Of a stretch of 64,000 nt of DNA, positions 24,759-36,395 are shown piece after piece (positions within the stretch are counted from its first letter, which is position 1; each line of letters opens with the position of its first letter). The DNA lies in contig JBHGNT010000013.1 in assembly GCA_043228905.1 (NCBI GenBank), positions 9,052,001 through 9,116,000 of the forward strand. Reading direction: 5' to 3'. This stretch comes from Azolla caroliniana. Taxonomy: Eukaryota > Plantae > Polypodiophyta. A model generated the notes under the pieces. That model did not search any database. It was not told the DNA's origin and saw nothing but the letters and a program-made list of their open reading frames with translations. Made by a program: the position numbers and the translations under genes.

Positions 24759-27700
24759 ATACGAAAGGGGCCTAGTCTTTTGTAGTTTACTTTTGCACAA
24801 GGACGTGTGGTGGCAATGTGATGACATAACAACCAAACCATGTACCCGATTGCAAGTGTCGGTGCAGATAAGCGATGTCGGTCTGCTTGATCTTTATAGT
24901 GGTCACCAACAACACGGAGCTCAAAGGAGAGGGCACGATGGACATTGTGTAAAGCGCAGGCACGCGTCTCTACCAAAGGATTGGCCGAAGTTGCAGGTAT
25001 GGAAATGCTGAAACGAGGGTGAAATCCATAGTTTACAAAGAAGGGGGAAACCTTAGTCGAAGCATGGATACTATTATTGTAAGCAAATTCTGCCATTGGA
25101 AGGAAGTCCACCCAATCCTCTTGTTGGTAGCTCGCGGTACACTGAAGGTATTGTTCGAGGATTTGGTTGACTCGCTCCGTTTGTCCATCAGTTTGAGGAT
25201 GGTATGCTAAGGACAAGTTGACAGAAGTCCCGAATGTTTGTAGAAGTCATCGCCAAAAGTGGGAAATGAACTGAGAACCTCGATCAGAGGTGATATCCTC
25301 GGGTAAGCTGTGTAATCGAACAACATTTTTAAGAAAAAGATCAACAGTCTCTTCCCCGGAAATTGTTTTGGAACATGGAACAAAGTGAGCCATCTTCGAA
25401 AACCGATCGACAATGACTAGCACTGTGTCATGTCCACCAACCAGAGGGAGGTCGGTGATAAAGTCCATGGATAGAGAGACCCATGGTGGACGTGGAATGG
25501 GGAGCGTGTGGAGAAGACCATATGGCCGATGTTGAGGCGTTTTGGACCGCGCACATACATCACATGTCTTGATAAATTCCTTGACAAATTTCCAAGGTTG
25601 GGGCCACCAAAACCCTTGAGATAGCAATTCCAGGGTTTTCGTAACCCCAAAGTGGCCGGCAAGAGGATCACCATGACAGTTTTGTAGAATCCGTGTACGA
25701 CATGATCCTTCGGGAACGTACAAGAGATGATTATGATATAGTAACCCATCTCGAGTTGTAAATTGGTTGAGATATGAGCTTTTGATGTCCGGAGATGGGT
25801 CATTAATGCGGCCCATGATTTCTTTGGCGAATGGGTCTAACACAGTTGCTATGGCGATCTCGTTGAGTAAAAAATTATCATGTAACATGTAGGTGGCAAA
25901 TATCTCAAGTTGATCGGGCCTCAACAAACAATGGGATTGTTGTGAATATGCATCATCTCTTGGGCGCACTACAAAATCAGGTCGTCGAGAGGGGGCATTA
26001 GCTTTCCCATGTTGAACTTTGGGTTGAAACAAGATCTCAAAGTCGTAGTCGGTGAGAAAAGATGACCATCGGGCTTGCCTCCGATTCAATGTACGACTAG
26101 TCGTGAAGTAAATTAGATTTTTGTGGTCGGTCAGCACCTGGATGCGATGTTGGGCCCCAGCCAAATAGGGTCGCCATTCGGTGAAGGCAGATATGATTGT
26201 TGCAACTCCTTGTCGTAGACTGGATAATTAATTTCCGGGGCGGTAAACTTCCGAGAGTAGAAGACAACAAGACGTAGTGTGCCCTCATCGTCTGGTTGGG
26301 ATAGGACAAGTCCAATGGAAAAATCGGAGGCATCGGTTTTGACTTGGAAGGGCCTTGTGGGGTCGGGGTGAACCAACACTGGGGCTGTGAGAAAAGCTGC
26401 CTTTAGGGCATCAAAAGCATGTTGCGCCGCAGAGGTCCAAAGAAATGGAGTATCTTTTCTTGTAAATCGTCAATAGAAATTTGCAAAACCAAGAAATGAT
26501 TGTACCTCTTTCAATCGAGTAGGGACAGGCCAATCGATGATTGCTGCTACCTTGCATGCATCCATTGTGATCCCAGAGGGTGAAATCACGTAGCTGAGGA
26601 ATTCGACAGAGGTCCGATTGAATTCACATTTCTCACTTTTGGCGTAAAGTCCATGTTCCCGAAGTTTGGATAGGACCAATATGTTGGAAGAAAAAACTAA
26701 AATGTCGTCAAGGTAGATCACCACGAAGTGATCGACATACTCCCGAAATATATTGTTCATCACGTGTTGAAAGACCGCAGGGGCGTTGGTGAGACCAAAA
26801 GGCATCACCTTGTACTCAAAATGTCCATAGCGTGTTCGGAAGGCCATTTTCCACTCATCTCTTGGCTTAATACGCACCAGATTGTAGGCTCCCCGAAGGT
26901 TAATTTTGGAGAAGATACGCCCGGTTCAAAGTTGGGCAAGAAGTGTTGGAATTAAAGGCAAGGGGTAACGATTATGTACCGTAATTTTGTTGAGACCCCG
27001 ATAATCCACACATAGGCATAATGAGTCATCCTTCTACTTGAAAAATAAGATTGGGGCTGCAGCTGGTGATTTGGAGGGTTGAATGAAGCCCTTGGCGAGG
27101 TTTTCATCTAGATATGTGCGGCGGGTCTCAAGTTCGGGTTCAGATAGCCCATAGATGGGCCCAAATGGTGGGTGTGCGCCATCTTGGATTTCGATTGGGA
27201 AATCATAGGGGCGATGTGCCGGCAACCAGTCTGCATTTCGCTTTTCGAACACGTCCAAAAAATCACTATATCTTGCGGGAAAATTAGTGACAGGAGTAGG
27301 GATGTCTTGTGACACAACGGGCATGGAAGTGACCACACTAGAATCGGCCACAACGGAATCGGCAACGTTGGAGACTCAGTTGAAATCAAAAGAATGTGCA
27401 CCCAAGCTGAAAGTAGCCCCCACACAAGTAACAATGTTTGTGGAAAGGGCCCCCGCTGGTGTTTGTGGAAAAGTGATGGAGCAACTACACCAATGCACCA
27501 TCGGATTGTGTGTTTCCAACCAAGAGAACCCTAAAACAATCGGATGAAGTGGGGTTGCAATGAGGTAGAATGTTAATACCTCCTGGTGGAACCCAACTTG
27601 AAATACCAATGGCACAGTGGCTTTGGTAACCGCCCCTGAAGAGAGAACCCGTCCGTCGATAGCTTCAACAAATATGGGTTGTGTTGTGCGGCCGGTTGAG

Positions 27701-27823
27701 ATTTTATGTGCTTGGACGAATGCGATATCGATGAAACAAGTAGATGCACCAGAATCGAGCAAGGCATGGGATTTTATTGAAATAGACCCAAAGAAAACAA
27801 AGACTTACTTGCAAAGTAAAACC

Positions 27824-28241
27824 TGTCATGATATGGCAAGACTCGAACCCGTGACCTTAGGTTATATGGGTCAAGCTCTTGACCATTAGATCATCTATTG
27901 TAATACATAAAATATTATTTTCATTTACATTTTATTATAGGAAATTAGTGTATATTCCAGATTTCTCTAGAACATTCTAGAAGCTTCAGGATTACTCTTG
28001 AAAACTAGGCACTAGGCATTATATTGAACCAAATTGGTTCAACGCCAGTCTTAAGCCTTTTAGCCACCATTGTATATTCTGTTCATATAATACATATCTT
28101 TCTTATCATCACTCTCTCTCTCTCTCTCTTTCTCTCCGTCTCGCTCACTTCTTCCTTCTCTCGAAGAAGTTCCACACCTCTCATAGTACTAATCCTTCGT
28201 TTAGTACTAATTCCTTCTCTGTCTCAGTACTGTTCCTGACA
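27824..28241 (+). mobile_element. Solo LTR (same family as the LTR at 33554-34688)
   Basis: TGTCA...TGACA ends; TSD AAACC/AAACC. Confidence 0.9.
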
Positions 28242-28620
28242 AAACCTCCTGCTGGTGTGATTGAATTGTAGAAGCACGAAGAACTAGGGCGATGGAAAGT
28301 GTCCAGCGGCATAGGTCCTACTGCAGCCAAACTTGCCCTTTTAGCCACCATTGTATATTCTGTTCATATAATACATATCTTTCTTATCATCACTCTCTCT
28401 CTCTCTCTCTCTTTCTCTCCGTCTCGCTCACTTCTTCCTTCTCTCGAAGAAGTTCCACACCTCTCATAGTACTAATCCTTCGTTTAGTACTAATTCCTTC
28501 TCTGTCTCAGTACTGTTCCTGACAAAACCTCCTGCTGGTGTGATTGAATTGTAGAAGCACGAAGAACTAGGGCGATGGAAAGTGTCCAGCGGCATAGGTC
28601 CTATTGCAGCCAAACTTGCT
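28056..28620. repeat. Tandem duplication, 2 x ~282 bp, spanning the solo-LTR end and host flank
   Basis: 28056-28336 is repeated near-identically at 28337-28620. Confidence 0.9.
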
Positions 28621-31008
28621 CGTTTTTCCTATTGTCCAAAAACCTCCACAAGATGTGCACGGTTATTTTCTTGTTGTCGAGAAACCTCTACAAGACGTGT
28701 ATGGTGGGATAGATGATGAGGGCTTCGCATCGGGCAGTGGCGGATGACATGACTGGGGGTACCACAATAGAGGTAGAGGCCATTGTCACGTCGATGTTGC
28801 CGTTGGGCATCGTTTAATGGTTGGAACCGAGCATGGTCGATCTCCATTGGGGTACGGGGATCGACCTCCAGCGGGGTATGATCACTATTGGAAGAAGGTA
28901 GTTGTGGCGTGCTTGGTGAAACTGATATATATGGCCGTGTGAGTGGAGCATTGCAAGAGGAAGATGGAAAACCTTGAGTCCCCCATTCCTCTTGTCAAAG
29001 CTCAAAAAGACGATTATCACATTAAACGGATTGGGAGATTACCTGGGACAATGATGTGGGCTCTGGAAAGTTTAAGAGAAGAGTTTTCATATCATTTCGG
29101 AGGCCTCGACGAAACTGGTCGCATAAATCTTGCTCATCCCAGTTGACATCGCACACGATCTGACGAAACTCTGAAGCATAAACGGAAGCTGGGCGAGAGC
29201 CTTGTTGTAAGGAATAGAGTTTCGTGAGTGTCGTTCGTCGCCGATCTGTCTCTCCGAATGTGGCAGGAAAGTTGTCTAGGAGGGGTGATGGGGTCTCGAT
29301 CAATGGTGCAAACCACGCTTGTGGCAGCGCAGAGAGAAGGCTACCAATGAGGCCGACCCGAGAGAAATCACTAGCATAACGTTGGGGTTGTAAGTGAATG
29401 ATAAGACGAATTTGATTGATGAAGCCACGAAGATGCGCCCTCGAGTCGTTGAATTTGTCAGGTAGGCTGACGTTAGGTTCGAGGACATATGAATGGGAAG
29501 AGGAAGGGGTTGGGTTAGATGCTGAAGGAAGGTGAGGCTGAACGGGTGAAGGATTGTTGACTGTGCTATTTTGAGCTCTCGCAATGACTGACGAAGGCTT
29601 TCATTTTCTAATCAAAGTTGCTCCAAGGCTACCATTACTTGGTTTATGGCCAAGTCGTACATGGTAACAAGAATGGAAGGTGAACAAACTGTCACGGACG
29701 TAGGCGAGGGCAAGGACAAGTAGGCGAGCTCAATATTAAGAAAGAGAGAAAGATAGTTATATAGATAGAAAGGAGCATAGACAAGAGAACAAGAGAGAGA
29801 GAGAGAGGGTACACAAAAGAGCGAGAACTAAATTATGCTTCTGTAACTGGTGTTGCTCACCTTGATTGTAATCAAGGTGCACCGAAGTATTTATACATGA
29901 ATTTGGTGGTATGCATGTAAGCTAGGAAAGATCTAGAGAATGCATGGAAACTTCTAGAGAGTGCATGTCTATGCATTCTCTAGAAGTTTCTTGAAAGTTC
30001 TGGTGATTAACTTACAATGTAATAAGTTGAAACTTATTGGGTTCAACCCCTTACATTCCATCGTGTCTATGATAATGACTACCACCAAGATATGTATTCT
30101 CTTGGACCGCAAGAATTTGTTTATATGTTGAGTATGGGTGTTGTTGGCAAAGGCTGAGAGTGTTTTCATGGATTATAATTAGCCTTATCTGGCAAAAGGC
30201 CATCATTTATATTTGGTCCTTTTTTATGATAGATACTTGTGGAGTGGAAACTATTATGTACAATTTGTAGATTGCTTTTGGCATTGTTAATTTTAATACC
30301 AATGGAGCATATTTTTTATGGAAAAAAAGAAAAAAAGAAAAAAGTAATGTCTACTACAGTGTGATGGGGCATCCACATAACACACATCTGTGTGAACTAG
30401 TTTTAGGGTATGCTCTCTTCTCATAGAAGGCCTAGAGTGAAAGGTTGTTCTATTCTACTTTCCATCCAAGCAGTCCACACACTTTTCAAGGTGTATTCCT
30501 TTCACTTATGGTAGGAAATCCTTTTCAGCAAGGATATGCATTCCCCTTTCGCTCATGTGGCTGAGCCTTCTATGCCATAACTCACCATTTGAGTCACCCA
30601 CCACATTTGCTTCATCTCAGCACAATTTTGCATGCATTACATACAATGTGTTCTATTTTTGGGCTCGAGCCACAATCAAGCTCCCTTTACAGAACTTCCA
30701 TGTACCATTACAAAAACCACCGTTGTAGCCTTCATCGTCTAGTTGTCCAACCGATATCAGATTCAATCTGACATCCGGAACATGGTGTACATCCTTCAAC
30801 ATTAATCGATAGCCAGTAGATATTAGCATTCAATTTCATTTCCCATCCTTACATAGCCATAGTCACCGGTTGTGTAAGATGAGAAACATTCTCTCTTGGA
30901 AGTTAGGTGGAATGATGCACCAGAGTCCACTACCCAAGAGAACTAAGCATTTGCAAGGTTCACACTACCTTGTTCACAAATAAATAACATCTCTTCTTCA
31001 CTAGTTGC

Positions 31009-31467
31009 TGTGAAGACTGAGAGAGAAAAAGAGATAGAGAGATAATTGAAAGAGAATTATTATATTGAAGCGTAAAATGGATTACAAAGAGTAGGCTACA
31101 AAATGACGTTGAACCAATTTAGGTTTGGGATGGGTGATAGATCCCTATTTATAAGTAATAGAGAACACTCTAGAATATTCTAGGTTATCCTAGAATGTAG
31201 AGTAATCTAGAAGATCTCTAGAGTATTCTAGAAGTTTCTAGTGGTATAGAACACTCTAAAATATTCTAGGTCATTCTAGAATGTAGAGTAATATAGAATA
31301 TTCCTATGATATTAGATTTCATATTCTAGAGACTATACATATAAGAATATTAATACAATGGTTAAGGATTTGACATGTGTACAACAAGGTCGTGGGTTCA
31401 AATCCTTTCGAGTCATAATGTGAGTGTCATGATCCTTTCGATGCATGATGTGAGTGTTATCATGACA
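31009..31467 (-). mobile_element. Solo LTR (chromovirus type) in the copia gag-protease region
   Basis: TG...TGACA ends; TSD GTTGC/GTTGC; TCTAGA-rich core; tRNA-like boxes at 31356-31412. Confidence 0.88.
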
Positions 31468-33310
31468 GTTGCAATAGCTGAGGAATTTTTATCATCAGAA
31501 ATTTTGCTGGGTTTGACCTCATCAGCCATGCCACTGTCCTTCCTAAGGTGTTGACAATTCTTTTGGAAGTGACCAGGCTTCCCACAATAGAAGCATGTAG
31601 GTCTTCATCTAGATTTCGACCTTGCATAAGACTTATCTCTATTTTCAGGACTTCTGTGTTTGTTTCTTCCTCTCCTAAGTTCTTGGGTCACATTAGCTTT
31701 TGATTGACACAAGACACTTCTATCCTTTCTTCTTGTCTCTTCATTTAGAATACTTGTCTTTACTACTTGTAGAGATAGGTTGTCTTCTTTTCATGAGGTA
31801 CTGAGTGTCACTATTACGTTTTCCCAATTGTCCGGTAGAGTACATAGTACTAGTGTGTCTTGCATAGGATCATCTAATGGGAACTTCGTTGATGCTAACT
31901 GGTTTACTAGACCCTTGAAAGTACTGATGTGCTCTACGATACTCTCCCCATTTGCGTACTTTAGTCTCACTATTTTTCTCATTACAGAAGTTTTATTTAA
32001 GGCATTTTTCTTTTTGTAGAGGGCTGAGAGTTTTTGCCATAACTAATAGGCATTTGTATCACTTGCTACATGTTGTAGAACGCTAATGTCTACACATTGT
32101 CTTATGGTTGCAACTGCCTTTCTATGTAGAGTTTTTCACTCAGATTCTATTACCCCTCTAGGTATGTCTTCCTTTTCTATAGGCTCATACAGATCTTTGC
32201 CTATAAGAAGATCTTCCATTTTGATCTTCTAGTCAGAGTAGTTTTGTGCGTTTAGGACAATCATCCCCGGAAAGCCACTCACACCCCCTTCCATCTAGAA
32301 CCTATGCTCTGATACCAGTTTGAAAGATTTTACACTCAGACATAAACCACAGATATACTAAGGCACAAACAAAATGAAGCAAGGAGCACACGATTTACAT
32401 GGAAAACCCTAATTTTAGGGAAAAAACATGGCGAATAGAAATTTCACTATGAGACAAGAAGAAATACAAGCATAGAATGATAGAACCTTATTTGGTATGG
32501 ATGTACTCTCAGGTTGTTATCTAAAACCACAGTTTTAGCCGACTGCACGAAACCCTAACTCGTAGGTATCTATCACTTTTGAAGCTGCAAAAGCTTCTCT
32601 GTTCTGTCTCTCTTTCTTCTCTTTTACACTCTGGTTTCTTTTCTTCCTCTCACACTCAATTGCAAGGTTAGGTCACTCACTCACAACCACCACTGTGTTA
32701 GCTCACTATTGTTCTCTATGTCTCTCTTCCCTTGCAACACGGTTTCGACTCTCTCACATGCTCACGCTCTCAATAATAATACCCTTTCTCACTAGAGTTT
32801 ACTACCCTTCACACACTTTTCTCACTATTTTTACTCCTAATGATTTATCCCAACCCAACTAGGCCTATTTATTTACCAACCCAACTTTCCTATATATTAT
32901 ACATATACATAGAATGAACCATACATATCATACATGCATTTGTTTTCGAGAATGATTCAATTAAACGTGTATGGTAAATCATCTCAAGATCAAAGTTGGA
33001 TTAGATTGACTATGGTCTATATTATATATTGATTCACTCTCAATCCCAATAAGTGGACTCTAATCCATTGTGAACCACGAACATAAGTATGGTTGCAATA
33101 TTTGCATTGTATCACATGCATACTTTTGGGATACTTCTTAAGAATCAAGACATCTCTATCTCTCTTTTGCAATATATATTCATCCAAATTCCTCTTCAGC
33201 TGTTCGGAACGGTTCGGCTTTTCGGCCAGCCAAATCTCGATTCGCCTTTTTGGCCGACTTCCTCGTAAGGAGGGACAATCCTACATAACAAGTAGTATAT
33301 ACAGTTTTCC

Positions 33311-33553
33311 ATGGCGAGCCCCCTAAGGACAATGATGATGATGATTGTGAGTGTGGTGTCAAGGAAGTGGTAGGTGGTGCTGATGTACTACACACAACAA
33401 CATTTCGAGGTGAATGAGTTTGGGATGGTGGCGGTAGTGAACAACACATGACAGGGCGTGGGGCTGGAGGTGGTGTATGACTACACCATCACCGTCGGAG
33501 GCAGGTGGCCCACCAACACCTTCTTGGTGGTCAAGACGGTGATCCACATTACC
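33311..33553 (+). pseudogene. Truncated dirigent pseudogene (paralog of 10444-10980)
   Basis: ATGGCGAGCCCCCTAAGGACAATG... aligns to the gene; CAG>TAG stop, deletions and many CpG>TpG/CpA changes; cut off by an LTR at 33554. Confidence 0.92.
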
Positions 33554-33695
33554 TATCATGATATGACAAGATTCAAAACCATGACCTTATGTTACATGGG
33601 TTGAGCCCTTGCCATTAGACTATATATTGTAATATGAAGGATATTATTTTAGTATAGAAAATTGATGTATATTTCTAGATTTCTCTAGAACATTC

Positions 33696-34384
33696 TGTTG
33701 GGAGACAGGTCCCTCCGATGGAAAGGGAGAAGGACAGTGCTGATGAACAAGCTCGGCCGAAACCGTATGAGGAGTACCCGGCTACTGAGAGCCGGATGGT
33801 GCAGACCCGGTATGAACCGGATGAGGAGGACCCGGCTACGGAGAGCCGGATGGTGCAGACCCGGTATGAACCAGATGAGGAGTACCCGGCTAAGGAGAGC
33901 CGGATGGTGCAGACCCGGTATGAACCGGATGAGGAGACATACTGGTAAATATGTTTCTGAGAGCCCATCGAGGCTATATTTGTAAATAGCCGAAAAGTCA
34001 TATTAGTATAAATATGACTTAGGGCAAACTTTTTTGTAGTTGTTGTTATTGTTGTTTGAAAAAGAATAGAGAGAGCGCGTAACTGTGTACAGAGAGAGAG
34101 AGAGAGAGAAAGAGGTCGTTGCCTCTGTTGTAACCTCCGCCTGTGGCGAAGATCTGTGAGCACGAGGTCGTTGCCTCAGTGAACTTACTGTTGTACATTC
34201 TTACATAGTGACAGTTTGCAGCCTGTGGGCTGCCGTGGTTTTTCCCCTAGTTTGGGGTTTTCCACGTAAACCTCTTGTGTATATTCTTCTTCTTTGTGTC
34301 GCGTTTTATTTCCCGTTTTCGGTGTATCATTCTAAGCTCGGTTGTGGCCGAGCGTTGTGCAAAAGGAGCCTTGAGTTCCCGACA
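33696..34384. mobile_element. Solo LTR (TGTTGGGA family) with three ~54-60-bp tandem repeats
   Basis: TSD CATTC/CATTC; repeats of ...GAGAGCCGGATGGTGCAGACCCGGTATGAACCGGATGAGGAG at 33760-33935. Confidence 0.9.
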
Positions 34385-34562
34385 CATTCTAGAAACTTTA
34401 GGAATACTCCTGAAAACACTATAAAAGGAGACACAAGGCATTATTTCGGACCAAATCGGTTCAACGCCAGTCTTAAGCCTCATAGCTATTCTTGTACTTA
34501 CTCTTCATATACTAATATATCTTTTGTTATCATCATTCTCTCTCTCTCTCTTGATCTCTCCT

Positions 34563-34593
<31 letters not shown>

Positions 34594-36006
34594 CTTCTCT
34601 TGTGAGTTCTACACCCTTTTCTCTATCTTAGTACTAATTCACATCTTTTAGTACTAATTCCCTCTCTGTCTTAGTACTGTTCCTAACAGTTTGAGCCGAT
34701 TTTCCCTCATCCTCTTACCCCTCCTTCCTTTCATACTAATCCCCTTATCCTTCCTAGTTAAATGGCAATTGTTAGCGCTTAGGAATACCAATCTATTTTC
34801 TCGGTGCTTTAGTGCTTAAAAGAGAAGTTTGTAGCACTAGAACAAGAAAATCATCGTCTGTTGGGGGATCTTCAACATATAGCTTTAGAAAAACAACAAC
34901 AACATGGGGAGCTAACATTACGTGTACAACAACTTGAAGCGATTATCATATCACTACAACAACAAGGATCAAGCGTGCAAGGGACTCACAAAGAACCCAA
35001 GATCGGACTTCCTATGAAATTTGATGGGACCCAATCACAATTCAGAGGTTTTCTTAATCAGGTACACTTAGTGATTCAAATGCATCCTTCTCGATATCCC
35101 ACTGATGCATCACGAGTGGGACTCGTAGGCATGCTACTTAGTGGCATGGCTTTGGCATGGTTCACCCCCCTGTTAGAAAAAAACTCTCCCTTGTTAAATA
35201 ATTTCGAAGAGCTTATTAGCAAGTTTAAAGCCTGTTTTGGAGATATCGACAGTGTTAGGATGACAATCAACAAAATCTGAAGATTGCGGCAGGGTGAGCG
35301 GTTAGCCTCGACTTATGTTGCGGATTTCCGTCTTCTTGCCACCGATATTCCCTAGGATGACCAGGCATTAATGGAGCAATTTTGTTTTTGCGTACGTAAT
35401 GATGTCAAGGATTTACTCTTAACTTTCCCCGAAGAGCCGAAGTCCTTGATAGAAGCAATCAGTCACGCAGTGCGATGCGATAACCGCCTTTTCGAACGAC
35501 ATTCGGAACGTCAATTCCAGATGCCAAAGACAAGATCAGAGCCCACCTACGCCTCCATAGTAGCAAAACTTTTTCCAAGGGAGTCATATAACATGTCTCC
35601 AGCAAATACTCCAACTCCGATAGAAATCGACACCATACGTCGTCGCAAACCATTATCGGAAGAGGAAAAGCAGCGACTCCAAGCCAATCGACTATGTCTC
35701 TATTGCGGTGAACTGTTCCCATAGGCCAAGAAGACAGGTAAACCAAATAGTCGCTAGTTCTAATTGTACTAAACCCGAGTCTATTTCAGTAGGAATATCT
35801 GATAGTCTTAATAGTACTAATTACCCAAACCTTTCAAACAAATTGGAAATCTTAATCAACTAGAAGAAGAGTTAAACAATTAAGTCTAGCCAAAATAGGA
35901 GCCATTTGGTTGGACAACCCTAGATCTGTGCAGCCCATTAGTGGTTCCATTTCTTATAAGCAAGTTAGCAATGTGTTCTTAGCTCAAGTAATGGTTAGTA
36001 CTAAAA

Positions 36007-36395
36007 GTATTCCTCCAGTACATGTCTTAACACTATTAGAATCCGGAGCCAACTCTTGCATTATGGATAGGAATTTTGCCCAAAATGTGTATTAGTTATT
36101 GATGGTCGTCCCATTCCTTCCGTAAATATCGTAGAAGAGTTAGAGCTGATTCAGGTTGTCCTAGATAACTTGGTGTGTGTAGTATCATTTAATATAATTA
36201 GTATTCCTCCAGTACATGTCTTAACACTATTAGAATCCGGAGCCAACTCTTGCATTATGGATAGGAATTTTGCCCAAAATGTGTAGTAGTTATTGATGGT
36301 CGTCCCATTCCTTCCGTAAATATCGTAGAAGAGTTAGAGCTGATTCAGGTTGTCCTAGATAACTTGGTGTGTGTAGTATCATTTAATATAATTAG
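36007..36395. repeat. Tandem duplication, 2 x 194 bp, in the protease region
   Basis: GTATTCCTCCAGTACATG... at 36007 and 36201. Confidence 0.9.

Larger units (their letters stand above)
22485..30074 (-). mobile_element. Ty3/gypsy chromovirus (Tcn1-like), decayed, nested in the copia element
   Basis: LTRs 22485-22933 and 29690-30074; TSD ATGAT/ATGAC; PPT 22934-22949. Gag 28629-29600, protease LDSGAS, RT YLDD, RNase H TDAS, integrase HPQTDGQTER, chromodomain EYEVDQIL...YLVLWKGYPISDATWEP (22945-23163). Confidence 0.93.
18883..33290 (-). mobile_element. Ty1/copia element (Tnt1/Tork-like), decayed, containing nested insertions
   Basis: LTRs 18883-19759 and 32321-33290 (TGAAAG...ATAACA); TSD AGCAG/AGTAG; PBS TGGTATCAGAGC (tRNA-iMet) at 32306-32317; PPT at 19760-19772. 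Relics of gag, CFYCGKPGHFQKNC knuckle, WVVDSGAS protease, integrase (21686-22270), RT (YGLKQAPRQW, YMDD) and RNase H. Confidence 0.93.

Noticed and set aside
33718-33948. Repeat protein (YEPDEEYPATESRMVQTR)n or CRISPR-like array
   Set aside because: Head-to-tail repeats without spacers, inside a TSD-flanked solo LTR.
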